Part shown: piece by piece, positions 22,615-31,378 of the stretch
How the letters are laid out: each line of letters opens with the position of its first letter
Position numbering within the stretch: the stretch's first letter is position 1
Source of the DNA: an archaeon
GTDB lineage: Archaea; Iainarchaeota; Iainarchaeia; Iainarchaeales; CSSED10-239
Assembly (NCBI GenBank): GCA_041657425.1
Contig: JBBABY010000003.1
Coordinates: forward strand, 106,952 to 138,951
Length of the DNA stretch: 32,000 bases
Direction: 5' to 3'
Translations under genes and position numbers: made by a program
The notes under the pieces: generated by a model
Told to the model about the DNA's origin: nothing
Database searches by the model: none
What the model saw: the letters and a program-made list of their open reading frames with translations, nothing else

Positions 22615-22874
22615 GCATGATACCCAAACACGAGATTGTGATCTTTACCGAAATCATATGTCTTTACGGAGCAGCAACCAAATACTGGTTCTTCTAACCA
22701 ATTAATCCATACATCCGAGTAACACGGTGGAACCAATGCAATCCAATCAAGGTCATCTCTTGCAATGTGTTCTTTTTCCATCCAACTCTTAATGGGGTCT
22801 GGAAGGTTGGCATAGTTCCAGACGCAGATGTAGTGGATTGTGTGTAGTTTTTCGACCATATTACCACTCCTCAA
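22611..22874 (-). CDS. hypothetical protein, 87 aa
   Basis: ORF track; 4-nt overlaps on both sides. Confidence 0.45.
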   Translation of the reverse strand: MRSGNMVEKLHTIHYICVWNYANLPDPIKSWMEKEHIARDDLDWIALVPPCYSDVWINWLEEPVFGCCSVKTYDFGKDHNLVFGYHA

Positions 22875-23062
22875 TAATTTTTAAGTTCTGGGTAAGCATC
22901 AATAAATCGTTCAAGTTCACCTTTTACTGCTGCAATTGTCACGAATTGTGTTGGGGTGATAGATTCTTTCTGCATCATATTGCTGAGACCTTTAATTCTC
23001 TCGTTAATATCTTCCTTTAATTCGTTAAGCACTTTTTGTGCATTTTCAACACTATCTTCCAT
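22871..23062 (-). CDS. hypothetical helical protein, 63 aa
   Basis: ORF track; first ORF of the leftward accessory operon. Confidence 0.4.
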   Translation of the reverse strand: MEDSVENAQKVLNELKEDINERIKGLSNMMQKESITPTQFVTIAAVKGELERFIDAYPELKNY

Positions 23063-23311
23063 ACCAAACTATACGCATTCAAACATTATATAGTTTTCCC
23101 ACACAAGCAAAACCATTTTCGACACCCACAACAAAATCAACATAGAGCCGCAATACCTGCGTAAGATTTCTCGGTTCTATTGTTTTGTGAGTAAGTGTTC
23201 ATGGTTTTGAAAATTGATAGGGAAACCGCGCTTTCCATTGGCAACAACGCGCGTATTAAAAAATTTATTTAACCATCATTTCCGATGGAAAACGAGTATA
23301 CGTATTACCAA

Positions 23312-23365
23312 GTTCACAAAACGCACAAAGCTCACATAACGCACAAAATTCACAAAGTTCACAGA
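23312..23365. repeat. six tandem degenerate 9-bp units (nnyCACAnA)
   Basis: gttcacaaa acgcacaaa gctcacata acgcacaaa attcacaaa gttcacaga, read directly from the sequence. Confidence 0.65.
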
Positions 23366-23425
23366 CCCTATCTATTATAGAAGTAACTACGACGTTAAAA
23401 AATAGGGTATGATAACTACGTACTC

Positions 23426-23461
23426 TTTGTGAACTTTGTGAACTTTGTGAACTTTGTGAAC
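23426..23461. repeat. four perfect tandem 9-bp units TTTGTGAAC, inverted relative to the 23312-23365 array
   Basis: tttgtgaac x4, read directly; this is the reverse complement of the unit GTTCACAAA. Confidence 0.75.
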
Positions 23462-23464
23462 TTG

Positions 23465-23640
23465 CTATTTAATAGAAATGATTAATAAATATGAAAAGTT
23501 AAATAAAATATATTTACAATATATTATAATAATTAATCATGTTAAATCAAATTTATTTATAATGATTGAACATGTAGTTTAATAAGTTAATTAAAAATAA
23601 TTAAGTAAAACAAAAGTTATTAAGTTAATTATATTTATTT
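23465..23640. other. extremely AT-rich tract (candidate DNA unwinding element) between the iterons and the replicase gene
   Basis: About 175 bp with very few G/C; contains two copies of TAAGTTAATTA. Confidence 0.4.
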
Positions 23641-23644
23641 AACA

Positions 23645-26002
23645 CTAATCATTTAAGATAACAAATGTTGTTGGTTTATCGCTACCAGTCTTTTTATTCT
23701 CATACATCTTTATTTCTCCAGATTCTACCATAGTATTCAATGCAGTATTAAGGTCTTTGCTGTTAAGATGCGTCTTCTTTAAAAGTTTGGTTCTTTCCAC
23801 GGAACCCCCAAATCCAATTATAGCCTTTCTTACAATCACTTGGTGGTTTTTCATATCCGAATTATTGCATAGATCGTATACATACATCATACGTGGTATA
23901 AGATAATCGTTTACTATCTTTATTGCCATCATTGCGTGTTTATGGGGAATTGTTAGCACTATTGGTTGATATATTTCACCGGGTTCAAGTTTTTTTAACC
24001 TTTCCGGTATATTTTTTCTTTGGAATTCTTTATCGACCATAGTAAGGATCACTGCAATTTTATACGCATGTATAAACCCTCTTGAAATTGATGTTCTATA
24101 TGATTCGTCTTCAACACCAAGTTTTCCAAGCGTTGAGTTAAGTTTCCAATCTTCTATTTCGTTGCATACCCCAAATATAATACCATCATCTGGATATATT
24201 TCAAGTTTTGTTCTTAACCCAACAATCTCTTTAAACACATTGTTGGTAATCTTCTTATCGCTTTCAGATACATTTTCGTTCTTCCTCGGTGTTCCACCCT
24301 GACCATAAAACCACATTAATCGTGGGAAAAATCCGGATGAAAACAACCGTGCGCTTGCGACAGTTTCAATATCTTTATTCGTTGTATTGAATAATATAGA
24401 CATAAATGGTGTTGGGCATTCCCATTTATATTTCTCCCCGTTTTTTCCGCGTTTTGAAAGCGTTCTTTCAATTGCAGTGCAATCATATAAACTGCATAAT
24501 GTTCCAAGAACATGTGCATTCCAATTACCAGCATCTTCAAAAAATCCAGCGCAATCATCGTAATACCAAAGGGAATTATATGTTTCATCCAATCCTTGAA
24601 TAAGTGCGGGTTCGCTTATTGTCCCACGGAGAAGATTGGTTGATTGTAATTTATTTAAGTTTTCTTCATGGATGATTGCTTGGGAAAATGAATCGATGGC
24701 CATATTACATGCTACGGACTTTCCACTAATTGTTGTATGACCGACCACCATTGCAAATACATTAGTATAAATTTTTGTCATCCCTACTTGTATAAGAACT
24801 CTTCTTTTTATAGCCATTGATGCAATTGAAAGCAATGCCGCAAAGTGAAATTCGTGCAAAGAATATGACACTCGTTTACCTAATTCTATATATTCTTTAA
24901 ATAACCCTTCGTCAATTTCGGGAAAATTTGGAAGTTTACATCTGTCATTTGCAGCTTTTATTTCCATGTCGATTGTGTTACCAACAATTGGTGGATTGTT
25001 TGTAGTTGTGGTTTTAGTAGGGGGTTTTTGATTTATAATATTATTTATAGATCTTTCATCTATTATTTCTACATTTAAGTTTGGTGAATATTTTTCGTCT
25101 AGTTCTTTAAGTTCCTTTTCAAAACCATTGTCACGTAACCATTCAACAACTTCTTTAAATTGATCATCTGTTAATTTATTACAATCTTCTTCTGGAACAC
25201 CACAATGTGCATACGCTATCCAAGATATCGGGTCGCCACCAACGTCGTGACGATAACAATGAAAGACATTCTTATTCGAATTTATAGCAAAATTCATTTT
25301 TGTAGTGGAACCATGTATTGGATGCGTGCCTTGTATATCTCCATTTGCGCGCCTTTCGATTTTACCGGTTGGCATAGCGAAATTTTCTATTCGCAAATTT
25401 AGTTTATTCGTCAACGGGTTTTGTGCAATGTTTTTTGTTTTGACTGGTATTTCTTCTTTGATTTTTAATTTGAATTTGTCGAGCAATTCAGATTGAATAT
25501 CTTTCCAAGATATAGAAATCAAAGAAGCATTCGGGTCTTTATATTTATATTTTCTTTCGGTATCTGGATGAATGCTTCCAGCGCCAACTGTATAAAATGG
25601 CGATTCGCTGCCCCTTATATCCCCGAGTTGTATTTTTGGGTTATTTGGATCATTTATTAATATTTTATCTTTTGGGGAGTCGGGGCAATCGAAAAACAAA
25701 TGTCTTCCGATAACTCCACTTCTCCCAGTAATCACAGTAAGTGTTTTTTTCCAATGTCCCCCGATTGTCGAATATAATTCTTCGGTATCACAATCAATTA
25801 CTATCGTATTGTTGATTGGGATTATACCATAATTTTTTCCCGAAGATACATGATCTATGATTTCTGTATCATTCGGGAAGAAGCTATTTTCGACACTCCA
25901 AGTATCTTGGTCGGGAATTTTGGATTTCTGTTTTAACTTAATGAGTTTAACTCTGTTTTCAAGCGCGCGCGGAATGAACAATGTGTTTTCCAAAGATATC
26001 AC
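23645..26002 (-). CDS. replicase: N-terminal primase-polymerase (prim-pol) domain, degenerate zinc-binding segment, C-terminal P-loop NTPase/helicase-like domain; GTG start
   Basis: Prim-pol-like motifs VIDCD (DxD), GRSGVIGRHLFF and GAGSIHP; FHCYRHDVGGDPISWI resembles a primase zinc-finger region; Walker A is GHTTISGKS. Length is 785 aa. Confidence 0.8.
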   Translation of the reverse strand: MISLENTLFIPRALENRVKLIKLKQKSKIPDQDTWSVENSFFPNDTEIIDHVSSGKNYGIIPINNTIVIDCDTEELYSTIGGHWKKTLTVITGRSGVIGRHLFFDCPDSPKDKILINDPNNPKIQLGDIRGSESPFYTVGAGSIHPDTERKYKYKDPNASLISISWKDIQSELLDKFKLKIKEEIPVKTKNIAQNPLTNKLNLRIENFAMPTGKIERRANGDIQGTHPIHGSTTKMNFAINSNKNVFHCYRHDVGGDPISWIAYAHCGVPEEDCNKLTDDQFKEVVEWLRDNGFEKELKELDEKYSPNLNVEIIDERSINNIINQKPPTKTTTTNNPPIVGNTIDMEIKAANDRCKLPNFPEIDEGLFKEYIELGKRVSYSLHEFHFAALLSIASMAIKRRVLIQVGMTKIYTNVFAMVVGHTTISGKSVACNMAIDSFSQAIIHEENLNKLQSTNLLRGTISEPALIQGLDETYNSLWYYDDCAGFFEDAGNWNAHVLGTLCSLYDCTAIERTLSKRGKNGEKYKWECPTPFMSILFNTTNKDIETVASARLFSSGFFPRLMWFYGQGGTPRKNENVSESDKKITNNVFKEIVGLRTKLEIYPDDGIIFGVCNEIEDWKLNSTLGKLGVEDESYRTSISRGFIHAYKIAVILTMVDKEFQRKNIPERLKKLEPGEIYQPIVLTIPHKHAMMAIKIVNDYLIPRMMYVYDLCNNSDMKNHQVIVRKAIIGFGGSVERTKLLKKTHLNSKDLNTALNTMVESGEIKMYENKKTGSDKPTTFVILND

Positions 26003-26178
26003 TCACCGGGTTTCTTTTCTAAGTAGTCGGAGAGGCGTTTCACTGTTTCATATCCAACATTACCCGCCTGATTATTTGCTATTCTCCAAACCGTTGGTAT
26101 TGCAAGTCCTGTTCTTCTACTGACTTCGCTTAAGTTCCGGTCTTGTAAAATAGTAACAATTTCTTCCAGTGTCAACAT
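25999..26178 (-). CDS. small helix-turn-helix DNA-binding protein, 59 aa (not in the ORF track)
   Basis: Hand translation: MLTLEEIVTILQDRNLSEVSRRTGLAIPTVWRIANNQAGNVGYETVKRLSDYLEKKPGE. Its TGA overlaps the replicase GTG start as GTGA. Confidence 0.6.
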   Translation of the reverse strand: MLTLEEIVTILQDRNLSEVSRRTGLAIPTVWRIANNQAGNVGYETVKRLSDYLEKKPGE

Positions 26179-26271
26179 GTAAACAATGTAGGTGCTTCTA
26201 GTATTTAATTGTATCCATTTGATAAAAATTGTTTAGATAAGTATAAATAGTATGAGAACTTACATATATGC

Positions 26272-26853
26272 ATGACTGAAATAAAGCCAATACAAACCAA
26301 GTATAAAGGATGCAATTTTAGGTCAAGATTAGAAGCCCGATATGCTGTCTACTTTGATGTTCTTGGTATAAAATGGGAATATGAAATCGAAGGTTATGAT
26401 ATTAATGGAAAATGGTATTTGCCGGATTTTTGGTTACCAGAAATTAAAGTTTTTGTTGAGATCAAACCCGATAGCGATAAAGGAAGTGGTTTATATAGTG
26501 AGTTTTCTAGCAAAATAAACAATGCGATTGTGTTGATGCGTGGATCGCCTTGGAATTATATTGGTTGGTTTTATGGGTGGGACTCTTGTGATAGCGGCGG
26601 TGGTTCATATGATGACGAATGTATATTTGGAGTAGATGGGGATTGGGTGGGATTACAAGTTAGAACGGGAAGAGAAGATAGAATTGTATTTGTTTCTGAA
26701 TGGGATACAAACTCAAATGTTGTTTCACTATATCATCCGGACGACGAACAGTGGGAATACTTTAAACAAGACACATTTGAAGTGTTAACTAAAGATGCCG
26801 CATACAAAGCCCGTTCTGCGCGTTTTGAACATGGTGAATCCGGAGCAACATAG
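26272..26853 (+). CDS. PD-(D/E)XK-fold nuclease-like protein (phage-common family)
   Basis: YKGCNFRSRLEARYAVYFDVLGIKWEYE...YLPDFWLP...VFVEIKP gives a PD...E-x-K arrangement. The C-terminus ends AYKARSARFEHGESG. Confidence 0.55.
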   Translation: MTEIKPIQTKYKGCNFRSRLEARYAVYFDVLGIKWEYEIEGYDINGKWYLPDFWLPEIKVFVEIKPDSDKGSGLYSEFSSKINNAIVLMRGSPWNYIGWFYGWDSCDSGGGSYDDECIFGVDGDWVGLQVRTGREDRIVFVSEWDTNSNVVSLYHPDDEQWEYFKQDTFEVLTKDAAYKARSARFEHGESGAT

Positions 26854-26896
26854 AAAATTATATCTACGATGGACGCATATAGTGTTGTGATTAAAA

Positions 26897-27817
26897 ATGA
26901 CTACAACTTCAAAGAACTGCCAACTTAACAAAGCAAAGAAAGATAAGCAGGATGAGTTTTACACACAAATGTCCGATATAGAAAAGGAATTAAAACATTA
27001 TAAAGAATATTTCAAAGGGAAGACCGTTTTCTGCAATTGTGATGATCCGAGAGAAAGTAACTTCACGGGTTATTTTTGTTTAAAGTTTAAATATCTTGGG
27101 TTGAAGAAATTAATATCGACACATTATGATTCATTGAAACCCACATATAAACTAGAATACGACGGCGTGGACTTTAAAGAAACAAATTTGGAAGAAAACG
27201 GTGATTTTAGAAGCCCGCAATGTATCGAGTTATTGAAAGAATCCGATATTGTTGTTACCAACCCACCATTTTCTTTATTCCGTGAATATGTAGCGCAGTT
27301 GATGGAATATGAAAAGAGGTTTTTGATTATTGGGAGTTTGAATGCTATTACTTATAAAGAAATTTTCCCCCTGCTTAAAGAGAATAAAATATGGGTTGGG
27401 TATAATAATGGATATAAAGAATATATAGTGCCTAATTATTATGAATTAAATAGTAATGGATGTAGAGAAGAAAATGGGATTAAATATCGTGGTATGGGTA
27501 ATACTTATTGGTTTACAAATCTCGAAATAAAGAAGAGATGCGAAGAATTGATTCTTTATAAAAAATATAATGATGTAGAGTATCCCGAATATGACAATTA
27601 TGATGCTATTAATGTGAATAAGATTAAAGATATACCAATAGATTATTTTGGCGAGTTCGGTGTTCCAATTACATTTATTGATAAATATAACCCAGATCAG
27701 TTTGAGATTATTGGATGTATGACAACCACAAAGATTGATGAATTTAATTATGGGTATCCATATATAAATGGAAAAAAAGTTTATGCTCGCATCGTTATAA
27801 AAAGAAAGGTGAAGTAG
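26897..27817 (+). CDS. N6-adenine DNA methyltransferase (EcoRI-methylase-like family as I recall it)
   Basis: Catalytic motif IV NPPF in DIVVTNPPFSLFREY, with upstream DEFYT and FCNCDDP segments. Length is 306 aa. Confidence 0.8.
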   Translation: MTTTSKNCQLNKAKKDKQDEFYTQMSDIEKELKHYKEYFKGKTVFCNCDDPRESNFTGYFCLKFKYLGLKKLISTHYDSLKPTYKLEYDGVDFKETNLEENGDFRSPQCIELLKESDIVVTNPPFSLFREYVAQLMEYEKRFLIIGSLNAITYKEIFPLLKENKIWVGYNNGYKEYIVPNYYELNSNGCREENGIKYRGMGNTYWFTNLEIKKRCEELILYKKYNDVEYPEYDNYDAINVNKIKDIPIDYFGEFGVPITFIDKYNPDQFEIIGCMTTTKIDEFNYGYPYINGKKVYARIVIKRKVK

Positions 27818-28921
27818 ATGAAAATAATACTAAAAGAAATACCTATTAAAGAAATATCAGAAGGATATGTGGATGATGTTGAAAATGGGGCATTTGGATA
27901 TAATGGTAAACTAAATATTCGCCCACCATTTCAAAGAGAATTTGTTTATAATGTTAATCAAAGAAACGAAGTTATTAAAACAATTGTTAAAGGGTTCCCA
28001 TTAAATATTATGTATTGGGTAGTTAATAATAATGGCACATATGAATTGCTTGATGGTCAGCAAAGAACAGTGAGTATTTGCCAATATATTAATGGTGATT
28101 TTTCAGTAGATTGTATGTTTTTTCACAATCTCACAGATGTGGAAAAGGAACAAATATTAAATTATAAATTGATGATTTATATTTGTCAAGGCAATGATAA
28201 GGAGAAGTTAGATTGGTTTAAAATTATAAATATAGCAGGTATCAAACTCACTGATCAAGAATTGCGGAATGCCACTTATACGGGAGAGTGGCTTTCTGAC
28301 GCTAAAAAATATTTTTCAAAAAATATGTGCCCTGCTCACGATATTGCAAGTAAATATTTGGTGGGTTCGTCTATAAGACAAGATTATTTGGAAACCGCTA
28401 TAAAATGGATTTCTGAAAGAGACGGTATTGGGATAGAAGACTATATGTCAATCCACCAGCATGATACTAATGCCAATGAAATGTGGTTATATTTCCAAGG
28501 GGTTATTAATTGGGTGAAAGCAATATTTTCAAATTATAGAAAAGAAATGAAAGGGTTAGAATGGGGTATATTCTATAATAAATATAAGGATTTTAAATAC
28601 ACCCCCTCTATTATGGAAGATCGCATCAAAGAACTTATGGATGACGATGAAGTGGGAAATAAAAAAGGTATTTATAAATTCCTGTTGAGTGGAGAAAAAG
28701 ATCAGTCGTCTTTAAACTTACGAACCTTTGATGAAAAAATCACAACAAAAGTATATGAAAGACAAAAAGGTATATGCCCTATATGTGATCCCTCTAAACA
28801 TTATGAGTTTGAAGAGATGGAAGCGGATCATATTGTTCCGTGGGTAAAAGGTGGAAAATCGGTAGAAGATAATTGTCAGATGCTTTGTATGCACCATAAT
28901 AGAACGAAGTCGGGGAAATGA
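27818..28921 (+). CDS. DUF262 (ParB/Srx-like NTPase) domain fused to a C-terminal HNH nuclease
   Basis: DUF262 signatures FQREFVY and LLDGQQRT; the C-terminal HNH is EADHIVPWVKGGKSVEDNCQMLCMHHNRTK. Its start codon directly abuts the methyltransferase stop (TAGATG). Confidence 0.85.
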   Translation: MKIILKEIPIKEISEGYVDDVENGAFGYNGKLNIRPPFQREFVYNVNQRNEVIKTIVKGFPLNIMYWVVNNNGTYELLDGQQRTVSICQYINGDFSVDCMFFHNLTDVEKEQILNYKLMIYICQGNDKEKLDWFKIINIAGIKLTDQELRNATYTGEWLSDAKKYFSKNMCPAHDIASKYLVGSSIRQDYLETAIKWISERDGIGIEDYMSIHQHDTNANEMWLYFQGVINWVKAIFSNYRKEMKGLEWGIFYNKYKDFKYTPSIMEDRIKELMDDDEVGNKKGIYKFLLSGEKDQSSLNLRTFDEKITTKVYERQKGICPICDPSKHYEFEEMEADHIVPWVKGGKSVEDNCQMLCMHHNRTKSGK

Positions 28922-28922
28922 T

Positions 28923-29330
28923 ATGAAAACTATATATCCAATAAACGCGTATAACACTATTATGAAAACAAAATTCTTGATAATCCTTCTCCTCCTTCTA
29001 TGCATTACTCCTGTAATGGGAGATGAATCAAAAGTGCAGAATTCAATACAGCCCGCTTCGTCAGAAAAATGGTATATCGGGGGAAGCAATGACAGCTGGA
29101 CTTGGACCGACATTGGTTTAAACTCCACGGATGGGCGATCCCACCTCTCAATGTGCCCCACACAAGACCAGATCGTTTTAAACGCTCTGACTAAACAAAA
29201 TGATTTATTAGAAGAGTTGGTTAAAGCGCAGTGGGTTGAGACGTGCTACGTGCCATTTGATAACAATAATATTGGCAATCGCCCCGCGTGGCTATCAGAA
29301 TGCGTGAACGCAGGTTATCCGGTGGGCTGA
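28923..29330 (+). CDS. secreted hypothetical protein, 135 aa
   Basis: Signal-like FLIILLLLLCITPVMG; starts 1 nt after the preceding stop. Confidence 0.5.
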   Translation: MKTIYPINAYNTIMKTKFLIILLLLLCITPVMGDESKVQNSIQPASSEKWYIGGSNDSWTWTDIGLNSTDGRSHLSMCPTQDQIVLNALTKQNDLLEELVKAQWVETCYVPFDNNNIGNRPAWLSECVNAGYPVG

Positions 29331-29337
29331 ATTAATT

Positions 29338-29523
29338 ATGAATGGAGATACAAAAGATACAATTAATCTTGTAATAAAATTTGCGTCGGTTAGAGAATTA
29401 AGAAGTTCTCTTGTGGTAAATTCTCAAGATGATCAAATTACTGGGATTAATATAAGATTCACAGAATCCATCAAATTATCAGATTTCCCGAGCATTCAAA
29501 AAATTGTGGATAATAAAATATGA
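29338..29523 (+). CDS. hypothetical protein, 61 aa
   Basis: ORF track only. Confidence 0.35.
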   Translation: MNGDTKDTINLVIKFASVRELRSSLVVNSQDDQITGINIRFTESIKLSDFPSIQKIVDNKI

Positions 29524-29702
29524 TTAAAGAAGAAAAGGAAACGGTAACATTTGCAGATGTTTTTAGTAAGACCGACATTATAACTATTTTGATTACCACG
29601 TTTTTACTTATTTTTGTGTTTGGTTTTTTAGTTCCACGTGTTTTTCAATTTGGTCAATATTTAACTATGGTTTCAAATAGTTATGGTGGACTTGGTTTTT
29701 AA
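29520..29702 (+). CDS. small membrane protein, 60 aa
   Basis: One transmembrane segment (IITILITTFLLIFVFGFLV); ATGA overlap with the previous ORF. Confidence 0.4.
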   Translation: MIKEEKETVTFADVFSKTDIITILITTFLLIFVFGFLVPRVFQFGQYLTMVSNSYGGLGF

Positions 29703-29817
29703 TCTTCCAACCATAACTATTTATACTAACGCGTCCTACATAGATACGCGATTTGGGCATATGCTGCCCCGACCGTAACATGAAACGACAAACGAACAAA
29801 ACGAAAGGAGATCTATT

Positions 29818-30602
29818 GTGATTGATTTAAACAAAATTTCAAAGAAGAACGCTCCTAAAATCCCATTGGTTGTTATCTATGGACCTGAAGGAATTGGCAA
29901 ATCTACTTTCGGGTCTATGGCAAAAGACTCCATTTTAATTCTTACTGAAGATGGATTGGGAGACATTGACGCCACTGCGATCCCACAGGATGAAAATGGC
30001 AAACCCCGCGCAGCGCGTTCCTATGAAGAGGTGATGGATTTATTCAGATCCTTGCCACGACCGATCATGATTACAAGACCGTGGTTATAGATACGCTCGA
30101 TTGGTTCCAACCCCTTGTATGGAAGGCTACGTGCAAACGTCTCAACGCAAAGTCTATCGAAGACCCGGGTTACGGGCGCGGTTATGTTGAATGCATGACT
30201 GAGTGGCAGGATTTTCTTGATGCCTTGACATATCTGCGCGATACAAAGGGAATGATGGTTATTCTGGTTGCGCATTCTGCCGTGGTCAAGATTGAAGATC
30301 CCCTGTGTTCCGCATACGACAAGAACACGCTCAAACTCCAGAAACTTGCGGCTGCTAAAATTGTTGAATGGGGCGACGTGGTGGGGTTCTGTTCGCTCAC
30401 AACTCTGACTCGTAGTGAAAAAGCAGGTTTTGACAAGACCAGAAATATTGCCGTGTCAACAGGACAGCGCGTCTTGCATGTTGCTCCAACAGCAGGCTAT
30501 GTAGCAAAGAAACGTTACCGTAATATGCCCGATGAAATGCCACTGGATTACACGGAATTTGAGAAGTATATTCCGGGTGGAAGTGTAAAGAAAGAGGAAT
30601 GA
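29818..30602 (+). pseudogene. Sak4-like (AAA_24 / RecA-fold) recombination ATPase split by a 1-nt frameshift near 30050-30060
   Basis: ORF 29818-30090 carries Walker A (VIYGPEGIGKST). Frame 3 is open from 30027 and reads ..ATTDHDYKTVVIDTLDWF.. (Walker B-like) into ORF 30081-30602. The GTG start has AAAGGAG upstream. Confidence 0.7.
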
Positions 30603-30817
30603 TCGTGGGATTTAAGGAAGATGTAGAAAAACACATGGAAAAGGAATATCCAGAGTTGCATCCTCCCAAAAAGGAATATCCGAAGAAAAAGAAATTTGTG
30701 ATTCATATACCGGAACAAACGATATATGATGAATTTGATAGTTTGGAAGATGCTATATCATATGCAGATGACGAGTATTGCGGATATGATGAAATAACAG
30801 AAATAAAAGGAGACTGA
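30599..30817 (+). CDS. hypothetical acidic protein, 72 aa
   Basis: ORF track; ATGA overlap with the ATPase gene. Confidence 0.45.
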   Translation: MIVGFKEDVEKHMEKEYPELHPPKKEYPKKKKFVIHIPEQTIYDEFDSLEDAISYADDEYCGYDEITEIKGD

Positions 30818-30823
30818 TATAAA

Positions 30824-31327
30824 ATGACTGAATTAAACTTTGATAGCAACGTCGTAGATCCGATGGGAAAATTCACCCCAATCCCCGTAGACGATTATTT
30901 GGCAATTATTGTTGATAGCGAAATGAAAGATACCAAGAAAGGCGACGGAAAGTATCTGTTGCTGACCTATGAGGTAGCAGAAGGAGACTTCAAGGGACGG
31001 AAAATTTTCGACACACTCAATCTTGTTAACACGAATACACAGACTGTTGAAATAGCACAGCGCGCGCTTTCCGCTGTTTGTCGTGCAACTGGTGTTTTAC
31101 ATCCGAAGGACAGCGCGGAACTTCATGGAAAGCCGCTGGTAATCAGCGTGGGCATTCGCGCCGGTTCAAACGGGTTTGAAGATCGAAATGTGATTAAAGG
31201 TTATTCCCGCACCGATGGAAAAGAACTTAAGGACATTACGGATGCGACTGCGCCGGTAAAGGGTGCTGCGCCGGTTGTTGGTGGTACTGGCGGGGCTAAG
31301 GCAAAGAAGCCGTGGGAAAGGAAATAA
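30824..31327 (+). CDS. DUF669-like phage protein (putative ssDNA-binding partner of Sak4)
   Basis: Layout ..FTPIPVDDYLAIIVDSEMKDTKKGDGKYLLLTYEVAEGDFKGRKIFDTLNL.. with a Gly/Ala/Lys-rich tail matches my recollection of DUF669. Its position next to a Sak4-like ATPase also fits. Confidence 0.6.
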   Translation: MTELNFDSNVVDPMGKFTPIPVDDYLAIIVDSEMKDTKKGDGKYLLLTYEVAEGDFKGRKIFDTLNLVNTNTQTVEIAQRALSAVCRATGVLHPKDSAELHGKPLVISVGIRAGSNGFEDRNVIKGYSRTDGKELKDITDATAPVKGAAPVVGGTGGAKAKKPWERK

Positions 31328-31378
31328 ATTAACCTCTTTTTTCGGTTCGTTCCGTGGAGAGGTGTTTAGGAGTTTTAA

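Noticed and set aside
23426-23461. Tandem repeats as a possible CRISPR array.
   Set aside because: The units are only 9 bp and directly abutting with no spacers, and no cas genes are present. An interpretation as iterons or protein-binding sites fits better.
30027-30090. Programmed -1 ribosomal frameshift in the Sak4-like gene.
   Set aside because: There is no canonical slippery heptamer and no obvious downstream pseudoknot or hairpin in the overlap window. A mutation or sequencing error is the simpler explanation. It is kept as a check in the findings.
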